A stretch of DNA of 64,000 nt, taken from contig OZ220741.1 of the NCBI GenBank assembly GCA_965116885.1, forward strand, positions 2,048,001 to 2,112,000, given 5' to 3'. The stretch comes from Candidatus Latescibacterota bacterium (GTDB taxonomy: Bacteria > Latescibacterota > UBA2968). The position numbers were made by a program, and so were the translations under genes. This document shows, one piece after another, positions 1 through 10,082 of the stretch (its first letter is position 1; every line of letters starts with the position of its first letter). The notes beneath the pieces were generated by a model. It saw only the letters and a list, made by a program, of their open reading frames with translations, was not told the DNA's origin and ran no database searches.

Positions 1-1
1 T

Positions 2-964
2 GTGGCTGCGATTTCGCTGATGGTTATGGGCGCGGGCATTATGGCGTATGCGCAGGTTGATTCGGTTTTTTTGCTGGCGGTGTATTCGTTTGTGTGGGGT
101 GTGGGGTTTCACTGCTGGATACCGATGGAGCAGTCGATGGCGTTGCTTTTTTCGCCAGAGGGTAAGAAGGGAAAGTGGTTGGGGCAGTTGCGCAGTGTGA
201 ATAGTGTGGCGTGGTTGTTGTCTATTCTGATTTGTAAGTTGGCTTACGATTTTGTCGGGTACAATGGTTTGTTTATTATGGCGGGTGCTGCTACTGTGGG
301 CGGTGGTTTTGCCATTTTGTTTGCGTCTCGCAAGCGGCCAGCTCACGAGCGGAGTTTTGTGTTTAAGCGGCGGTATGGTCTGTATTATGCGCTGAATTTT
401 TTGCAGGGTATGCGGAAGCAGATGTTTATTACGTTTGCGATTTTTGCTCTGGTGAAGATCCACGGGATGCCCGTGCATACGACGATGATTCTGGTGCTGA
501 TGAATCAGACGTTGATTACGCTGACTGCGCCGACGATGGGCAAGTTGGTGGATCAGTACGGCGAGCGGAAGATGCTGTCGCTCAGTTATATTGGATTGAC
601 GTTTGTGTTTCTTGGATACGCGGTGGTGACGCATCGGCCCACGCTGTACGTTTTGTATTGTGTCGATAATATTATCTTTTTTGGCGGGATTGCACTGACG
701 ACGTATTTGCACAAGATCGCGCCGGAGTCGGATCTCAAGCCGTCGCTTGCGATGGGTGTGACGATGAATCATGTGGCTTCGGTCGCAGCACCGCTTTTGG
801 GCGGTTTCGCATGGCACTATTTTGGCTATCAGGTGATTTTCTTTAGCGGTGCTGTTCTGGCTCTGATTTCGCTGATTGTGAGTCAATGGGTAGATCCCGA
901 GGGGCAGCTTGAGCGAGAACGGGAGGAGATGTCCGGTGGCGTGGCTGCACAACCCGTGTCGTAA
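2..964 (+). CDS. MFS transporter (5' end outside window)
   Basis: Many hydrophobic TM segments; MFS loop motif 'GKLVDQYGERK'; frame open from the window edge. Confidence 0.85.
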   Translation: MAAISLMVMGAGIMAYAQVDSVFLLAVYSFVWGVGFHCWIPMEQSMALLFSPEGKKGKWLGQLRSVNSVAWLLSILICKLAYDFVGYNGLFIMAGAATVGGGFAILFASRKRPAHERSFVFKRRYGLYYALNFLQGMRKQMFITFAIFALVKIHGMPVHTTMILVLMNQTLITLTAPTMGKLVDQYGERKMLSLSYIGLTFVFLGYAVVTHRPTLYVLYCVDNIIFFGGIALTTYLHKIAPESDLKPSLAMGVTMNHVASVAAPLLGGFAWHYFGYQVIFFSGAVLALISLIVSQWVDPEGQLEREREEMSGGVAAQPVS

Positions 965-977
965 GCGGAGACATCCG

Positions 978-2912
978 ATGTCAGATAATGCGTTTGATAT
1001 ATGGGAACCGATGGTTGAAGATGACGAGGCGATCCGAGCGGCGTTGGAGGATGCGAATATTCCCGCGCTGATGGTTTCTCTGGTGCATTTGACCGGGGAT
1101 ATGGACATTGTTCGGGGGGAGATTCGCCCACGGGCGCGGAATCTGGCGGATCCACAGGCGGGTGTGAAAGAGGAGCAGCAGGCGGTTGTTCGGGAGATTG
1201 CTTTTGAGGTGTTGAAGGCCTATCGGGATCGCGGTTGTACTTTGCCTCCTGCACCGGACCGGGCGCGGGTTTGGGAGATGATGAATTTTATGATTGGGGA
1301 GGAGATTCCCGAAGATTACGGGGCGTTTTTGGAGGGGGAGTTGTCTTTGAATGGCGAGGATCCGTTTGTGCCTCCGGGGATGGATGATTTGCCCGGGGAT
1401 AAGCGGCGGGATTTTCGCGTTTTGATTATTGGGGCGGGGATGTCCGGGTTGCTGGCGGCGCATCGGCTTCAAGAGGCGGGGATTTCGTTTACGGTGGTGG
1501 AGAAGAATGCCGATGTGGGGGGGACATGGCTGGAGAATACGTATCCTGGATGCCGTGTTGACAGTCCAAATCACTCGTATTCCTATTCTTTTGTGCCCAA
1601 GAATTGGCCGCAGTATTTTTCCACGCAGCAGGTGCTTCTCGATTATTTCAGACAGTTTGCAGCGGATTTTCGTCTGCGCGAGCATATTCGGTTTCAGACA
1701 GAGGTTGTGTGTGGTCGTTTTGATGAAGCGCGAAAGGTCTGGAAGGTTGAGGTGCGGGATAAAGAGGGGGTGCGGCAGACGATGGAGGCAAATGCCATTA
1801 TCAGTGCTGTGGGGCAGCTCAATCGCCCAAAGTTGCCGGATATTGCGGGGCGTGAGTGCTTTCGGGGGATTGCTTTTCATTCTGCGCGATGGCCGCGGGA
1901 GTGCGATTTGACGGATAAGCGCGTTGGGGTGATTGGTACGGGCGCGAGTGCCTTTCAGTTTGTGCCGGAGATTGCAAAACAGGCGCGCGATGTTTTTGTG
2001 TTTCAGCGTACGCCGCCCTGGATTCAGCCCAATCCGCATTATCACGCGGATGTGCCAGAGGGGCAGCACTATCTTTTGAATCATGTGCCGTTTTACGCCA
2101 AGTGGTTTCGGCTGTTTATGTTCTGGCGTTCGGCAGAGGGGATGCTCGGTGCGGCGAAAAAGGATCCGGCATGGCCGCATCAGGAACGCGCGGTGAGTAA
2201 GGCGAATGACAAGGTGCGCCAGCGGATTATAGAATATATCGAGTCCGTGCTGGGCGATGATCCCGAGTTGATGCAGAAGTGTATTCCAGATTTTCCACCG
2301 GCCGGCAAGCGCATGTTGTGGGATAATGGCCTGTGGTTGCATACTTTGAAGCGGGAGAATGTGCATCTGATTACGGATCCGATAGAGAGGATTACGGAGT
2401 CCGGTTTGACGACGCGGTCAGGTGAGGACTATGATTTTGATGTGCTGATTTACGGTACGGGGTTTCAGCCGAGTCGGATGTTGTGGCCGATGACGTTTGA
2501 GGGGGTTGGGCGCAGGGATTTACAGGCGCATTGGGATGGCGATCCGCGCGCGTATAAAGGCGTTTCTATTCCGGGATTTCCCAATTTTTTTTGTATGTAT
2601 GGTCCCAATACGAATATTGTTGTGAATGGGAGTATTATCTTTTTTTCTGAGTGCGAGATGAGGTATATCCTGGGGTGTATCAAACTTCTGATTGAGACGG
2701 GATGCGCTGCGATGGATTGCAAACGGGATGTGCACGATCGGTATAATGAGCGCATTGATGCGGGTAATCTGGAGATGGCATGGGGCGCGCCAAATGTTCG
2801 GAGTTGGTATAAGAATGAAGCAGGGCGGGTGACGCAAAATTGGCCGTTTTCAATGCACGAGTTCTGGAAGCAAACGCGGGCACCCGATCCCGAGGATTAT
2901 GTGTTTGTTTAA
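978..2912 (+). CDS. Type I Baeyer-Villiger monooxygenase (4-hydroxyacetophenone monooxygenase-like, long N-terminal extension)
   Basis: Two Rossmann motifs (GAGMSG, GTGASA), BVMO fingerprint FRGIAFHSARWP, GGTWLENTYPGC; ATG 978 follows GGAG. Confidence 0.9.
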   Translation: MSDNAFDIWEPMVEDDEAIRAALEDANIPALMVSLVHLTGDMDIVRGEIRPRARNLADPQAGVKEEQQAVVREIAFEVLKAYRDRGCTLPPAPDRARVWEMMNFMIGEEIPEDYGAFLEGELSLNGEDPFVPPGMDDLPGDKRRDFRVLIIGAGMSGLLAAHRLQEAGISFTVVEKNADVGGTWLENTYPGCRVDSPNHSYSYSFVPKNWPQYFSTQQVLLDYFRQFAADFRLREHIRFQTEVVCGRFDEARKVWKVEVRDKEGVRQTMEANAIISAVGQLNRPKLPDIAGRECFRGIAFHSARWPRECDLTDKRVGVIGTGASAFQFVPEIAKQARDVFVFQRTPPWIQPNPHYHADVPEGQHYLLNHVPFYAKWFRLFMFWRSAEGMLGAAKKDPAWPHQERAVSKANDKVRQRIIEYIESVLGDDPELMQKCIPDFPPAGKRMLWDNGLWLHTLKRENVHLITDPIERITESGLTTRSGEDYDFDVLIYGTGFQPSRMLWPMTFEGVGRRDLQAHWDGDPRAYKGVSIPGFPNFFCMYGPNTNIVVNGSIIFFSECEMRYILGCIKLLIETGCAAMDCKRDVHDRYNERIDAGNLEMAWGAPNVRSWYKNEAGRVTQNWPFSMHEFWKQTRAPDPEDYVFV

Positions 2913-2918
2913 TTTCTC

Positions 2919-5345
2919 ATGTTATCAAACTATTTCACTATCGCATGCCGCAATTTGTGGTCGCACAAGCGCGATACGCTGATCAATTTGCTCAGTCTTA
3001 TTGTGGGGCTGTCGTGTTGTGTGATGGCGATTGTGATTATTTATTGCGAGATGAGCTATGACCGGTTTCATCCGGATGTGCATCGCATTTATCGGGTTTT
3101 GCGGGAGCGGGTGAGCAATGAGCAGACGCAGGTGCGGTGGCTGACTTCGGGGGCGCTCGCCCGGACACTTGAGGCGGAGATGCCCGAAGTTGAGTTGGCG
3201 TCCAAGAATCGCATTTATCCGGTTGTGGTGCGCTTTGAGGATCGAGAATTTACGCTGGCGCAGGGGCAGGTTGACGACCGATTTTTTGAGTTGTTTCATT
3301 TTCCTTTTGCTATTGGTGATGCCGATGTGCTTGAACAGCCGTATCGGGTTGCGATTACGGAGTCAGCGGCAGAGAAGTTGTTTGGCAAGGCCGATCCCAT
3401 AGGCAAGGTTATTACGATTCGCGAGCGGTATTACGGCGGCGATTATACGGTTGCCGCTGTTTTGCAGACGCCTCCAAAGTTTTCGTCCATTCAGTTTGAT
3501 TTGCTGCATTTTACCAATGGGCGAACAGTGGAGGCTGTTTTTGATTGGACGCAGTGGAAGGGGTTGGTGCAACAGGCGGGTATTGAGACTTTTGTGCGTT
3601 TGCGCGATGGGGTAAATGCGGGTGAATTTGAAGCAAAGATGTCGGGTGTTATTGAACGGCATATGGGCGCAGATGTGCGCCGGATTCTTTCGTTTCGCTT
3701 GCAGCCTCTTGCGCGGGTGCATCTGTATGGGGTTCGGGATTACAATTTGTCTTCGGGTGGCAATGTTCAGACGCTCTATCTTTTTGCGGCGATTGCGGTG
3801 CTGGTGCTGGCGATTGCGGCGATTAATTTTGTCAATCTCTCTACGGCGCGTTCGATGTACCGCGCGCGCGAGGTGGGGATGCGAAAGGTGGTTGGGGCGC
3901 GTCGCGGTCAGTTGGTTCAGCAGTTTTTGTGCGAGACGGTTTTGCTGGCGTTGCTGGCTGTGGTTATAGCCGTGCCTCTGGCGCGCGTCGCGTTGTCGGA
4001 AATCAGCGCGCAGACGGACGCGCATTACGCGCTTGACGCGCCGATGCTGTTCGTGCTCTTGCCGGGTCTTTTAGGGCTTGCCGTGTTTGTGGGGTTGATG
4101 GCGGGGGTATATCCGGCGTTTTATTTTTCGGGGTTTCGTCCGGCTGATGTGCTCAAGGGCGTCGCGTATTTGCCGGGTGCGCGGCTTCGGCAGGTTCTGG
4201 TTGTGGCGCAATTTGCCGTTGCTATTTTGCTTGTGATTGTTGCGGATGTTATTTATCGGCAATTGGACTTTATTCAGCACAAGGATCTCGGTTTTGACAA
4301 AGAGCATCTCGTTTTGCTGCCGATCTTTAAGCTGGATCGCCGGCTCAAGACCAATGATGATCCCTGGCTCGTGGCACAGTACAATGCTGTAAAGCAGGCG
4401 TTTTTGGTACATCCCAATGTTGTTTCGGTGTCTGCGTTTCGCTTTTTGCCCGGGCGTGATGGCGGTGGTTTTGTGCGGATTGTCAAGCCGGAAGGTCAGG
4501 ACCATACCGAGTGGCGAATGCCCGTGCAGGAGGCCGATGAAGATTTTTTTTCTACTTTCGGTGTGTCTATTATAGCTGGTCGCACGTTTTCACCCGGGGT
4601 TGAGCGCGATCGCACGCATGCGTATATTCTCAATGAGTCTGCTGTGCGCGCGCTTGGCTGGACGGTAGAGGATGCCGTGGGGCGGCGTTTTGGGCGGGCG
4701 CGTTCAGAAGAGGATGCCAAAGGTACTGTGATTGGCGTGGTTTCAGATTTTCACTACGCTTCTCTTCGACAACCGATTGGGCCAGCGGTTTTTGCTTATC
4801 GGCAGTGGTTTTACGATTATCTGGCGCTGCGGGTACGCGATTTTTCAGGGGTTCGACCTTTTCTCAAGGAGACCTGGGATACATTTATGCCAGCCGATAA
4901 GCCTTTTGAGTTTACATTTTTGGACGAGGAACTCGATGCGATTTATCGGGCGGAAAGAGATTTGGGACAGGCTGTTACCGCTTTTGCCGGGCTGGCTATT
5001 TTGCTGGCGTGTTTGGGGTTGTTCGGTTTGGCGGCTTTTACGGCTGAACGCCGCAGGCGCGAGATCGGTATTCGCAAGGTGCTCGGTGCGTCTGTTTCAA
5101 GTGTTGTTTTGTTGTTGTCCAAAGCGTTTTTGAAGCTGGTGCTTGTCGCCAATCTCATTGCCTGGCCCGTTGCCTATTATTTGACAAATACCTATTTGCA
5201 AAATTTTGCGTATCGCGCGTCCCTCAGTTTGTGGCCTTTTGTTTTTTCGGGTTTGCTCGCGCTCCTGATTGCGCTTTTGACCGTTGGTACGCAGGCGTTC
5301 AGGGTTGCGCATGCTAATCCCGTGGAAGTACTGAGGCATGAATAG
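2919..5345 (+). CDS. MacB/FtsX-family ABC transporter permease (duplicated architecture)
   Basis: 'INFVNLSTARS..RAREVGMRKVVGA' and 'ERRRREIGIRKVLGAS'; C-terminal 'ANPVEVLRHE'. Confidence 0.9.
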   Translation: MLSNYFTIACRNLWSHKRDTLINLLSLIVGLSCCVMAIVIIYCEMSYDRFHPDVHRIYRVLRERVSNEQTQVRWLTSGALARTLEAEMPEVELASKNRIYPVVVRFEDREFTLAQGQVDDRFFELFHFPFAIGDADVLEQPYRVAITESAAEKLFGKADPIGKVITIRERYYGGDYTVAAVLQTPPKFSSIQFDLLHFTNGRTVEAVFDWTQWKGLVQQAGIETFVRLRDGVNAGEFEAKMSGVIERHMGADVRRILSFRLQPLARVHLYGVRDYNLSSGGNVQTLYLFAAIAVLVLAIAAINFVNLSTARSMYRAREVGMRKVVGARRGQLVQQFLCETVLLALLAVVIAVPLARVALSEISAQTDAHYALDAPMLFVLLPGLLGLAVFVGLMAGVYPAFYFSGFRPADVLKGVAYLPGARLRQVLVVAQFAVAILLVIVADVIYRQLDFIQHKDLGFDKEHLVLLPIFKLDRRLKTNDDPWLVAQYNAVKQAFLVHPNVVSVSAFRFLPGRDGGGFVRIVKPEGQDHTEWRMPVQEADEDFFSTFGVSIIAGRTFSPGVERDRTHAYILNESAVRALGWTVEDAVGRRFGRARSEEDAKGTVIGVVSDFHYASLRQPIGPAVFAYRQWFYDYLALRVRDFSGVRPFLKETWDTFMPADKPFEFTFLDEELDAIYRAERDLGQAVTAFAGLAILLACLGLFGLAAFTAERRRREIGIRKVLGASVSSVVLLLSKAFLKLVLVANLIAWPVAYYLTNTYLQNFAYRASLSLWPFVFSGLLALLIALLTVGTQAFRVAHANPVEVLRHE

Positions 5346-5452
5346 GTGTGTAACAGGATTTAAGTCGCAGCACAATGCCAGTAATCCAGAGGAACTCGCG
5401 TCTTTCTGATACGTATAATATTGAAACTGATCACTACTACGGAGGTCCTCCC

Positions 5453-5872
5453 ATGTTCTTCACACTTCTCTTCATCACGCTCGTAGTCGCCGCTCTCGTG
5501 TCTTTTATCGCCGTGCGTGCGTTTAGCAGCGCGATTACCAGTATTCTTCATCGGCTTATTGATGATGCGATAGCAAGCGCGTGGGTGCGCTATATGAAGT
5601 TTGCGATTTTTGTGGTGGGTATTTCTGGCGGTGTGCGTGTTCGTTCGCTGGAGCGTTATATTTTGCCGCAGGAGCATTTCGATTCCGCAGGTAAATCCCG
5701 CGATATGCCGCCCTTTGAGCTGACTACCGAACGCTGGGTGCTCGAGATTTATCGCACGATTATCGAGTCCCTGCAATCTATCGCGTGGATGTTGCTCGTC
5801 TTTTTTATCGTGTCACTCGGTATGTACATTGTCGTGCGTATCTTTGAAATGCGACGAGGGACGAGCGAGTGA
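5453..5872 (+). CDS. Hypothetical membrane protein (3 predicted TM helices)
   Basis: GGAGG RBS before ATG 5453; three hydrophobic stretches. Confidence 0.7.
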   Translation: MFFTLLFITLVVAALVSFIAVRAFSSAITSILHRLIDDAIASAWVRYMKFAIFVVGISGGVRVRSLERYILPQEHFDSAGKSRDMPPFELTTERWVLEIYRTIIESLQSIAWMLLVFFIVSLGMYIVVRIFEMRRGTSE

Positions 5873-5942
5873 TGAGTAGAGAGGGCGATAAAGCGCTGGA
5901 CATCGGATTGCAGAGAATTATATTGGCGCAAAGGGGTCTGGT

Positions 5943-6473
5943 ATGGAGAAAATAGAGAAAAAAGTGATACCGGGCTGGACCGGGAGATGCTATGAGGATT
6001 TCGAGGTGGGCGAAATCTATCGAAGCCGGTTCGGGCGGACGGTGACGACGGCTGACAATCAGTTGTTCACGCACCTGACCCTGAATACCAATCCGCTTCA
6101 CTTTGACGAGGAGTACGCCCGCCGAACGCGGTGGGGAAAGATCCTGGTGAATAGCACGTTTACGCTCGCGCTGGTCGTGGGAATGAGTGTCCCGGACGTG
6201 AGCGAACAGGCGATGGCGAATCTGGGTTGGAGCGAGATCCGGCTTCCGAACCCGGTATTTGTGGGAGATACGCTCTATTGCGAGACGGAGGTGCTCGCCA
6301 GGCGAGAGTCGAAGTCGTACCCGGAAGCGGGTATCGTGAAGGTGCGCACGCGGGGCGTGAATCAGCACGGCCGCGTCGTCATAGATCTGACTCGCAGCGT
6401 GATGGTCTATAAGAGGGCGCACGCGCCGTCGGAGGATGCCTTTCCCGAAATTCACGAGGAGAAAGGCGGATGA
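5943..6473 (+). CDS. MaoC-family (hotdog fold) acyl-CoA hydratase/dehydratase
   Basis: 'GRCYEDFEVG', 'NTNPLHFD..YA', 'PVFVGDTLY'. Confidence 0.9.
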   Translation: MEKIEKKVIPGWTGRCYEDFEVGEIYRSRFGRTVTTADNQLFTHLTLNTNPLHFDEEYARRTRWGKILVNSTFTLALVVGMSVPDVSEQAMANLGWSEIRLPNPVFVGDTLYCETEVLARRESKSYPEAGIVKVRTRGVNQHGRVVIDLTRSVMVYKRAHAPSEDAFPEIHEEKGG

Positions 6474-7327
6474 AGTCGATGCGGTCCTGGCTTTTTGTGC
6501 CGGGGCACCGGCAGCAGATGATTGACAAGGCCCTGGGTCTGCCAGCGGATGTGTTGATATTCGATCTGGAGGACGGCGTCCCGGAGGCTGAGAAGGGCGT
6601 TGCGCGCGGTCGTGTCGCTGCCGCGCTGGACGGCGCATGTGGCGGCTCAAGGCGGTTCGTTAGAGTTCACGAGGCCGGTTCATCCGAATTGGACGCCGAT
6701 TTGCAGGCGATCGCGCGTGCGGGGTTGCAGGGACTCGTGTTGCCCAAAGTGCAGGGACCGGAGGATGTGCTTCAGGTATGCCAGTGGTTGGATCGGCACG
6801 AGACCAGAGTGGGTATTCCATCTGGAGGCGTCGGGCTTCTGGCAATCATTGAGAGTGCCCGGGGTCTGGTTCAGGCGCCTGCGATCGCATCCGTCACATC
6901 CAGGCTGGTGGGGCTTATGTTCGGCGCGGAGGATTTCGCGTTGGATATGGGCCTCTTTTCGCATCCGGGACAGGGATTGGTCAACTACGCCCGATCGGCG
7001 CTGGCGGTGGCTGCGGCAAGCGGGAAAATTCGGGCTATAGACAAGGTGTTTACGGATATCAGCGATCCTGACGGGCTGTCCGTGGAGGCGCAACAGGCTC
7101 GGGATCTGGGATTTGCTGGAAAAGCCGTGATCCATCCGGGTCAGGTTGGGGCAGTGAATGAAATTTTCGGTCCCACGGAGGCCGAGGAGAGGTGGGCACG
7201 GCGAATTGTTGAGGCTTTTGAACGGCGGGCGGACGAAGGCCCGGCGACCGTGGATGGTCGGATGGTAGATAGGCCGATTCTGGAACGGGCGCGATGGATC
7301 CTGGATCGCCTTGAGAAAGAGGGTTAA
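6470..7327 (+). CDS. CitE/HpcH-family acyl-CoA lyase (citrate lyase beta / malyl- or citramalyl-CoA lyase-like)
   Basis: 'RSWLFVPG', 'DLEDGV', 'IIESARG', 'FGAEDF', 'GKAVIHPGQ', 'VDGRMVD'; ATGA overlap with the MaoC gene. Confidence 0.9.
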   Translation: MKSMRSWLFVPGHRQQMIDKALGLPADVLIFDLEDGVPEAEKGVARGRVAAALDGACGGSRRFVRVHEAGSSELDADLQAIARAGLQGLVLPKVQGPEDVLQVCQWLDRHETRVGIPSGGVGLLAIIESARGLVQAPAIASVTSRLVGLMFGAEDFALDMGLFSHPGQGLVNYARSALAVAAASGKIRAIDKVFTDISDPDGLSVEAQQARDLGFAGKAVIHPGQVGAVNEIFGPTEAEERWARRIVEAFERRADEGPATVDGRMVDRPILERARWILDRLEKEG

Positions 7328-7328
7328 C

Positions 7329-8534
7329 TTGCACGATCAAAACCAATATCCGCCCCTGGATGGAATAAGAATTGTCTCGGTGGAGCAGTTCGGAGCGGGT
7401 CCGTGGGCAACGATGATGCTGGCGGACCTCGGGGCGGAGATCATCAAGGTCGAGAATCCCGAGACTGGTGGCGATGTCGCGCGTTATGTGCCACCCTATA
7501 CCGCTGAACAGGATAGCGTGTATTTCCAGAGTTTCAACCGGAACAAGAAGAGTATGACGCTGAATTTGCAGCATATAGGAGGGCGGGAGGTGTTGCATCG
7601 GCTGGTGGGGATTTCGGATGGGGTGTTCAACAATCTGCGCGGAGACCTTCCGGCCCGGCTGGGTTTGGACTATCCGGCGCTGCGTGCGGTTAAGGCTTCA
7701 ATTGTGTGTTGCTCGCTTTCCGCGTTCGGACGGCATGGGTCTCGAGCGGGCGAACCGGGATACGATTATCTGATGCAGGGATATGCCGGATGGATGAGTC
7801 TTACGGGCGAGCCAGATGGTCCACCGACGAAGACAGGACTTTCCCTCGTGGATCTCGGCGCGGGCACCATGGCGTCTCTGGGCATGGTCAGCGCGATTTT
7901 TCGCGCCAGACAGACGGGCTTGGGGTGCGATGTAGATGTGAATTTGTTCGATACGGCGCTGGCGAATCTGGGATATGTGGCGGCGTGGTTCCTGACCAGA
8001 GGGTATCAGGCGCATCGGACGCCCGATTCTTCTCATCCATCACAGATCCCGTCTCAGGTGGTGCCGACTAAGGACGGATGGCTGGTGATCATGTGCGCAA
8101 AGGAGAAGTTCTTTCAAAATCTGGTACGCGTCCTGGGGGTGCCGGAACTGGCGGAAGATGCCCGGTTCTGCTCTTTTGCTGATCGCTTGGAGAATCGGGA
8201 TATTCTGGTTCCGATTCTGAAGGATCTCTTCCGCAAGAAGACAACCGACGATTGGCTGGCGCTGCTCAAGGGCAAGGTGCCCTGCGCGCCCGTGAATACG
8301 GTTGCGCAGGCTTTTGCCGATCCGCAGGTGGCCGAGGATAATATGATACTGGAGTTGCCGCATCCGGAGTTCGGAGCCGTCCGGGTGGTGGCGAGTCCCA
8401 TAGAGGTCGGCGGTGGATCAGTTGAACCCCGGCGCGGGCCTTCACTGGGGGAACACAACGAGCCGATTCTGAGTGAATATCTCGGATATTCAATGCCAGA
8501 GATTGAGAAACTCCGAAGCGATGGCGCCATTTGA
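7329..8534 (+). CDS. Family III CoA-transferase (CaiB/BaiF); start uncertain (TTG 7329 or 7311)
   Basis: 'PLDGIRIV', 'LADLGAEIIKVE', 'NRNKKS', 'GYDYLMQG', 'PSLGEHN'. Confidence 0.9.
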   Translation: MHDQNQYPPLDGIRIVSVEQFGAGPWATMMLADLGAEIIKVENPETGGDVARYVPPYTAEQDSVYFQSFNRNKKSMTLNLQHIGGREVLHRLVGISDGVFNNLRGDLPARLGLDYPALRAVKASIVCCSLSAFGRHGSRAGEPGYDYLMQGYAGWMSLTGEPDGPPTKTGLSLVDLGAGTMASLGMVSAIFRARQTGLGCDVDVNLFDTALANLGYVAAWFLTRGYQAHRTPDSSHPSQIPSQVVPTKDGWLVIMCAKEKFFQNLVRVLGVPELAEDARFCSFADRLENRDILVPILKDLFRKKTTDDWLALLKGKVPCAPVNTVAQAFADPQVAEDNMILELPHPEFGAVRVVASPIEVGGGSVEPRRGPSLGEHNEPILSEYLGYSMPEIEKLRSDGAI

Positions 8535-8538
8535 ATTT

Positions 8539-9906
8539 TCATGCATTGGGCAATTCTGTCCGCAATGCGAATTTTTCTTCGGGCGTTCCCGCGCCTTTTA
8601 ATACTTCCAGATACGCTTTGTGCAGTCGCTGTGCTTCGGCCATGTTTTGCTGGTTATACACGTTGTTCTTTTGCGCGAGGTCTGTTTGGAGGTTGTATAG
8701 TTCCGCTGGCCAGTTGGGTCCGCGATAGTGCAAGGTCCAGTTGCCGTCTGTGATGCTGGAACACACGCTGCGGTCTTCGCGCACGGGCAGGGTTGCCGAT
8801 GTGACGGCGACTTTTCGTTGTTCTTCTGTTTTTTCGCCTTTTAAGATGGGGGCGACGGATATCCCGTGCAGTCCATCGGGTTTTTTTATGCCTGCAAGGT
8901 CGAGTATTGTGGGCATGAAATCGACGGGTTGTGTTAAAACTTTTGTGCGTTTTCCCGCTGCGTTGCTGCCTGGTACATAGCCCATGAAAGCTGTGTGGGA
9001 TACTTCTTCGTAATAGGGCCAGTCGCCATCTGGTCCCTGTCCGCTTTTGCCAATGCGCCCGTGATCGCCGATGTAGTGTCCGTGGTCAGACATGAAGATT
9101 ACGGCTGTGTCTTCCCAGAGATTCAGGTTTTCTACTTTTTCCAACAGGTGTCCGACCCAGGTGTCCATGAGTGTGACTTCACCTGCGTATAGTGCGCGCG
9201 TGTGTTTGATTTCTTCTGCGCTCAGGTAATCGCAGTAGTCGTAAATGGGATGGTCGATGACTTCGCCTGTGTATCCGGGGTTGTACATATTGACGTAATG
9301 CGCGGGGGGGTCCCACGGTTCGTGGGGGTCAAAGGTGTCGATGTAGAGGAAGAATTTTTCGTGGGTGTGATTTGCTTCCAGCCAGTCTGCGGCGCGTTGC
9401 ATGGTGCGGGCGACAAAGGTGTCGCGTTCTGTTTCCCAGTGTGCTGCGCGCCAGCGATAGTGATATTGTTGCATGCGCTCAGGTGTGCGAATTTTTTCGG
9501 GGACTGATTCGAAGGGGACGGGTACATCGTCTGTGATTGAGCGGTCGCCTTCTTGCCCGCGAATCCATTCCCAGCCCAAAAATCCGCGGTCAAATTGATG
9601 TCCGTCTCTTACCAGGTGCGGTGTATCGCATAAGAGCATGGTGACATACCCCGCGTCTGTGAGGAGTTCGGATAAGATGATTTCATCTTCGGGGAGCGGT
9701 GTCCAGCCGCGAAAGGGAAATGTCAACCTGCCGGTCATCATGTCTGTGCGCGTGGGTATTGTTGGGAACGATGCCTGATACGCGCGGTCAAAGACCATGC
9801 AGCGTTTGGAGAATGCGTCTATATGCGGTGTGCGGATCCATGTATTTCCGTGACAGCCCAGGTGATCGTAACGCAGGGTGTCGGACATTACGACAATGAT
9901 GTTCAT
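8539..9906 (-). CDS. Sulfatase-like hydrolase (alkaline phosphatase superfamily) with Thr at the nucleophile position
   Basis: 'NIIVVMSDTLR', 'TPHID', motif TIPTR in place of (C/S)xPxR, 'FDPHEPW', 'SDHG'. Confidence 0.85.
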   Translation of the reverse strand: MNIIVVMSDTLRYDHLGCHGNTWIRTPHIDAFSKRCMVFDRAYQASFPTIPTRTDMMTGRLTFPFRGWTPLPEDEIILSELLTDAGYVTMLLCDTPHLVRDGHQFDRGFLGWEWIRGQEGDRSITDDVPVPFESVPEKIRTPERMQQYHYRWRAAHWETERDTFVARTMQRAADWLEANHTHEKFFLYIDTFDPHEPWDPPAHYVNMYNPGYTGEVIDHPIYDYCDYLSAEEIKHTRALYAGEVTLMDTWVGHLLEKVENLNLWEDTAVIFMSDHGHYIGDHGRIGKSGQGPDGDWPYYEEVSHTAFMGYVPGSNAAGKRTKVLTQPVDFMPTILDLAGIKKPDGLHGISVAPILKGEKTEEQRKVAVTSATLPVREDRSVCSSITDGNWTLHYRGPNWPAELYNLQTDLAQKNNVYNQQNMAEAQRLHKAYLEVLKGAGTPEEKFALRTELPNA

Positions 9907-10082
9907 GTGTGACCCTCCAAAAAAGGTTTCTGAGTGCTGAGAATTGAGCTTGGGTAAAATAATTCCTTTTTTTAATTCTGCAACACGAACGCCAGATGGT
10001 TCAAAATGGGGTTGCGGTTTGTATATTTTTTTATCTATGTTTTTGAGGGTGAATATTTACGATCACACGCATTTGGGAGGAG

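Noticed and set aside
981..2366. 461-aa antisense ORF and similar shadow ORFs (e.g. 3363-4025, 51495-52283)
   Set aside because: They lie opposite well-supported genes and show no recognisable motifs; explained by codon bias of the real strand
2919..5345. ABC permease without an adjacent ATPase as a broken operon
   Set aside because: Orphan MacB-like permeases are commonly expanded and share an ATPase encoded elsewhere; the ORF is intact
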